DNA of 64,000 nt from Malacoraja senta (Eukaryota), in NCBI GenBank assembly GCA_038087875.1, contig CM075995.1, positions 5,086,001 through 5,150,000 of the forward strand, given 5' to 3'. The notes under the pieces were generated by a model that was not told the origin of the DNA, did no database searches, and saw only the letters and a program-made list of their open reading frames with translations. Made by a program: the position numbers and the translations under genes. Positions within the stretch are counted from its first letter, which is position 1; each line of letters begins with the position of its first letter. Shown piece by piece: positions 60,267-64,000 of this stretch.

Positions 60267-62155
60267 TAGAAACATAGAAAATAGGTGCAGGAGTAGGCCA
60301 TTCGGCCCTTCGAGCCTGCACCGCCATTCAATATGATCATGGCTGATCATCCAACTCAGTATCCTGTACCTGCCTTCTCTCCATACCCCCTGATCCCTTT
60401 AGCCACAAGGGCCACATCTAACTCCCTCTTAAATATAGCCAATGAACTGGCCTCAACTACATTCTGTGGCAGAGAATTCCACAGATTCACCACTCTCTGT
60501 GTAAAAAATGTTTTTCTCATCTCAGTCCTAAAAGATTTCCCCTTTATCCTTAAACTGTGACCCCTTGTTCTGGACTTCCGCAACATCGGGAACAATCTTC
60601 CTGCATCTAGCCTGTCCAACCCCTTAAGAATTTTGTAAGTTTCTATAAGATCCCCCCTCAATCTTCTAAATTCTAGCGAGTACAAGCCGAGTCTATCCAG
60701 TCTTTCTTCATATGAAAGTCCTGACATCCCAGGAATCAGTCTGGTGAACCTTCTCTGTACTCCCTCTATGGCAAGAATGTCCTTCCTCAGATTAGGAGAC
60801 CAAAACTGTATGCAATACTCCAGGTGTGGTCTCACCAAGACCCTGTACAACTGCAGTAGAACTTCCCTGCTCCTATACTCAAATCCTTTTGCTATGAATG
60901 CTAACATACCATTCGCTTTCCTCACTGCCTGCTGCACCTGCATGCCTACTTTCAATGACTGGTGTACCATGACACCCAGGTCTCGTTGCATCTCCCCTTT
61001 TCCTAATCGGCCACCATTCAGGTAATAGTCTACTTTCCTGTTTTTGCCACCAAAGTGGATAACCTCACATTTATCCACATTATACTGCATCTGCCATGCA
61101 TTTGCCCACTCACCCACCCTATCCAAGTCATCTTGCAGCCTCCTAGCACCCTCCTCACAGCTGATACTGCCCTCCAGCTTCGTGTCATCCGCAAACTTGG
61201 AGATGTTGCATTCAATTCCCTCGTCCAAATCATTGATGTATATTGTAAATAGCTGGGGTCCCAGCACTGGGCCTTGCGGTACTTCACTAGTCACTGCCTG
61301 CCATTCTGAAAAGGACCCGTTTACTCCTACTCTTTGCTTCCTGTCTGCCAGCCAGTTCTCTATCCTCATCAATACTGAACCTCCAATACCGTGTGCTTTA
61401 AGTTTGTATATTAATCTCTTATGTGGGACCTTGTCGAAAGCCTTCTGAAAGTCCAGATATAACACATCCATTGGTTCTCCCTTATCCACTCTACTAGTTA
61501 CATCCTCGAAAAATTCTATAAGATTCGTCAGACATGATTTACCTTTCATAAATCCATGCTGACTTTGTCCAATGATTTCACCATTTTCCAAATGTGCTGC
61601 TATCCCATCTTTAATAACTGACTAGCAGTTTCCCCACTACCGATGTTAGACTAACTGGTCTGTAATTCCCCGTTTTCTCTCACCCTCCCTTTTTAAAAAG
61701 TAGGGTTACATTAGCTACCCTCCAATCCTCAGGAACTACTCCAGAATCTAAAGAGTTTTGAAAAATTATCACTAATGCATCCACTATTTCTGGGGCTACT
61801 TCCTTAAGTACTCTGGGATGGAGCCTACCTGGCCCTGGGGATTTATCGGCCTTTAGTCCATTCAATTTACCTAACACCACTTCCTGGCTAACCTGGATTT
61901 CACTCAGTTCCTCCATCTCATTTGACCCCCGGTCCCCTGCTATTTCTGGCAGATTAATTAAGTCTTCCTTAGTGAAGACAGAACCAAAGTAGTTATTCAA
62001 TTGATCTGCCATGTCCTTGTTCCCCATGATCAATTCACCTGTTTCTGACTGCAAGGGACCTACATTTGTTTTAACTAATCTTTTTCTCTTCACATATCTA
62101 TAAAAACTTTTGCAGTCAGATTTTATGTTCCCTGCCAGTTTTCTTTCATAATCTA
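60267..62155 (-). mobile_element. CR1 LINE, 5'-truncated (RT domain)
   Basis: ORFs 61680-62093 and 60356-61591 (KSPGPG..HPRVLKE, LDFQKAFDKVPH, FADD) separated by a frameshift; (TTTCTATG) tail. Confidence 0.95.
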
Positions 62156-63333
62156 TTTTGTGTTGGTTGTAAAGGTACTAAGCAAAATATGAGGTGCTGT
62201 TCCTCCAGTTTCCGTGCCGCCTCGCTTCCAGTGTCTTCCCCCCCCACCTCCACCAAAGTCACCCTACTGCAATCATTCTGAAGCAAGGGTCCTAACCCAA
62301 AGCGTTGCTTATCCGTTTTCTCTAGAGATTCTGTCTGACCCGGTGACTTACTCCAGCATTTTGTGTCTATCTTTGATCAGATATGGCTTAGGATGTCCAG
62401 TGCCACCTCAATTGTAATAGTGTCCTCAAGACATCTCCAATTATTGTCCCAAGTATCATATCTTTGTGGTAATAACAGGAGAGAGATTCATTGAGGGCCT
62501 TGCCCATATCATTCAACTCCCAATGTAGATGATCACTTTGGTGTCTGAGGGGCTCCATTCCCTCTCTAGTTGCCCACTTTCCCTAAACATACTTAAAATC
62601 TCTTTCCATTCTCATTAATCTTATCTGCTAGAGCTTTTTCGCCCTTCTGATTTCCTCCTTAAGCAAGCTCCTCCAGGGATGCAGTTGTTCCGATCTGCCT
62701 ATACCTGACCAATGTCTCATTTTTCCTGGTGAGAGCCTCAATTTCCCTCAACATCTAGGATTCCTTAAACCCACCGACATTTCCTTTCACTCTAATAGGA
62801 ACATTGCATCAATTCCACTCACCCGAAAATCCTTGGCACTGTGGCAGTCTCATGCAATCAAATCAAACACAAGTACAATAGATAGAGCAAACTGGAAGAG
62901 AGCAGCACAAAGCAATTTGATGATATTGTGTTTGATATACCTGATCTGTTTGGATAACATGCAAAACCCATCTTATCACTGCACCTCAATTCATGTGAAA
63001 ATAATAAACCTAAATCTAAACTGGGACTGCCGTAGAGCAGAATATAGTTCCATAGACAAAGTCCAATGTTCACAATGGGGTAGGAGTGAATCCTACCCGG
63101 GAGGGCCGTTCAAATGCCTGATAACAGAGGGGAAGAAGCTGTTCCAGAGACTGGTGGTGCATGCTATCAACCTGCGGTGTGGGAGCAGGGAATGAAGGAA
63201 TGACCAGGATGGAGCAAGTCTTTGATTATATCGGCTGCTTTTCTGAGGCAGCGTGAGGTGTTGATGGAGTCAATGGGGTCTAGCCTCTGATGGACTGGTT
63301 GTTACAAAACTAAACTGTAATGCAACCCAATAG

Positions 63334-63545
63334 GTAGACACAAAATGCTGGAGTAACTCAGCTGGTGAGGCAGCATCTCTGGAGAGCAGGAATGGGTGAC
63401 GTTTCGGATCGAGACCCTTCTTCAGATTGGGTCTCGACCCGAAACGTCGCCCATTCCTTCTCTCCATAGATGCTGCCTCACCCGCTGAGTTACTCCAGCC
63501 TTTGTGTCTACCTTCGATTTAAACCAGCATCTGCATTTCTTTCTT
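63334..63545. mobile_element. Palindromic Penelope mini-element with hammerhead motifs
   Basis: Perfect 14-bp TSD ATGCAACCCAATAG (63320-63333 / 63546-63559); ~85-bp inverted arms around 63420-63430. Confidence 0.88.
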
Positions 63546-64000
63546 ATGCAACCCAATAGTATGCTTTCTATGGTGCATTGCATGGTGCACTATTGGGAAA
63601 GTTAAAATCCCCCACTATGAGAACCCTATAAGTCTTGTGGCTGCCTGCAATCTCCTGTCATATTAGTTCTTCTAATTCCTGTTGCCTATTTGGGGGCCTA
63701 TATATATACATATATATATACATATACAAGGTGATCTTACTCTTTGTATTTCTCAGCTCTACTCCCTTCAGTAATGTCATCTCGGACTACTGCCCTGATA
63801 TTCTCCTTAACCTGATATTCTCCTCATCAAATACTAGTGCCACCTGCAATATTGTGATTATGATGCACATGTTATATTGCAATCGTGTGGGACATTGTAA
63901 TTTTTTACAGTATTGATCATGGTTGTGAGAAATTGTGTATATGTCAGTTGATGTAAAATTATAATTGGTGTTTCTCATGTTCCATTTGTAAATGAGAATG

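Overview
Repeat-rich vertebrate genomic DNA. The repeat families (HE1/V-SINE-like SINE, CR1, Penelope, DIRS1) suggest a cartilaginous fish such as a skate or ray; this is an inference. The only host gene I can support is anillin (ANLN, + strand): a CpG-rich CCAAT/CHR promoter near 34.5 kb and seven coding exons (34695-59779) with canonical, phase-consistent splice sites, continuing past the window end. The rest is mostly transposons: a near-complete L1, a complete but decayed DIRS1 element (ITRs, ICR, RT, RNase H, methyltransferase, tyrosine recombinase), two CR1 lineages, Penelope, a solo LTR, Harbinger and hAT MITEs, and a non-autonomous Helitron carrying a 1.8-kb G-rich minisatellite. Two findings stand out. 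(1) A ~125-135 bp mobile element, present twice with target-site duplications, whose 5' end is exactly G1 of a 54-nt HDV/CPEB3-like ribozyme fold. (2) Many 90-300 bp Penelope-derived, often palindromic mini-elements carrying a minimal hammerhead ribozyme core. All folds were derived by eye; activity and novelty are untested.
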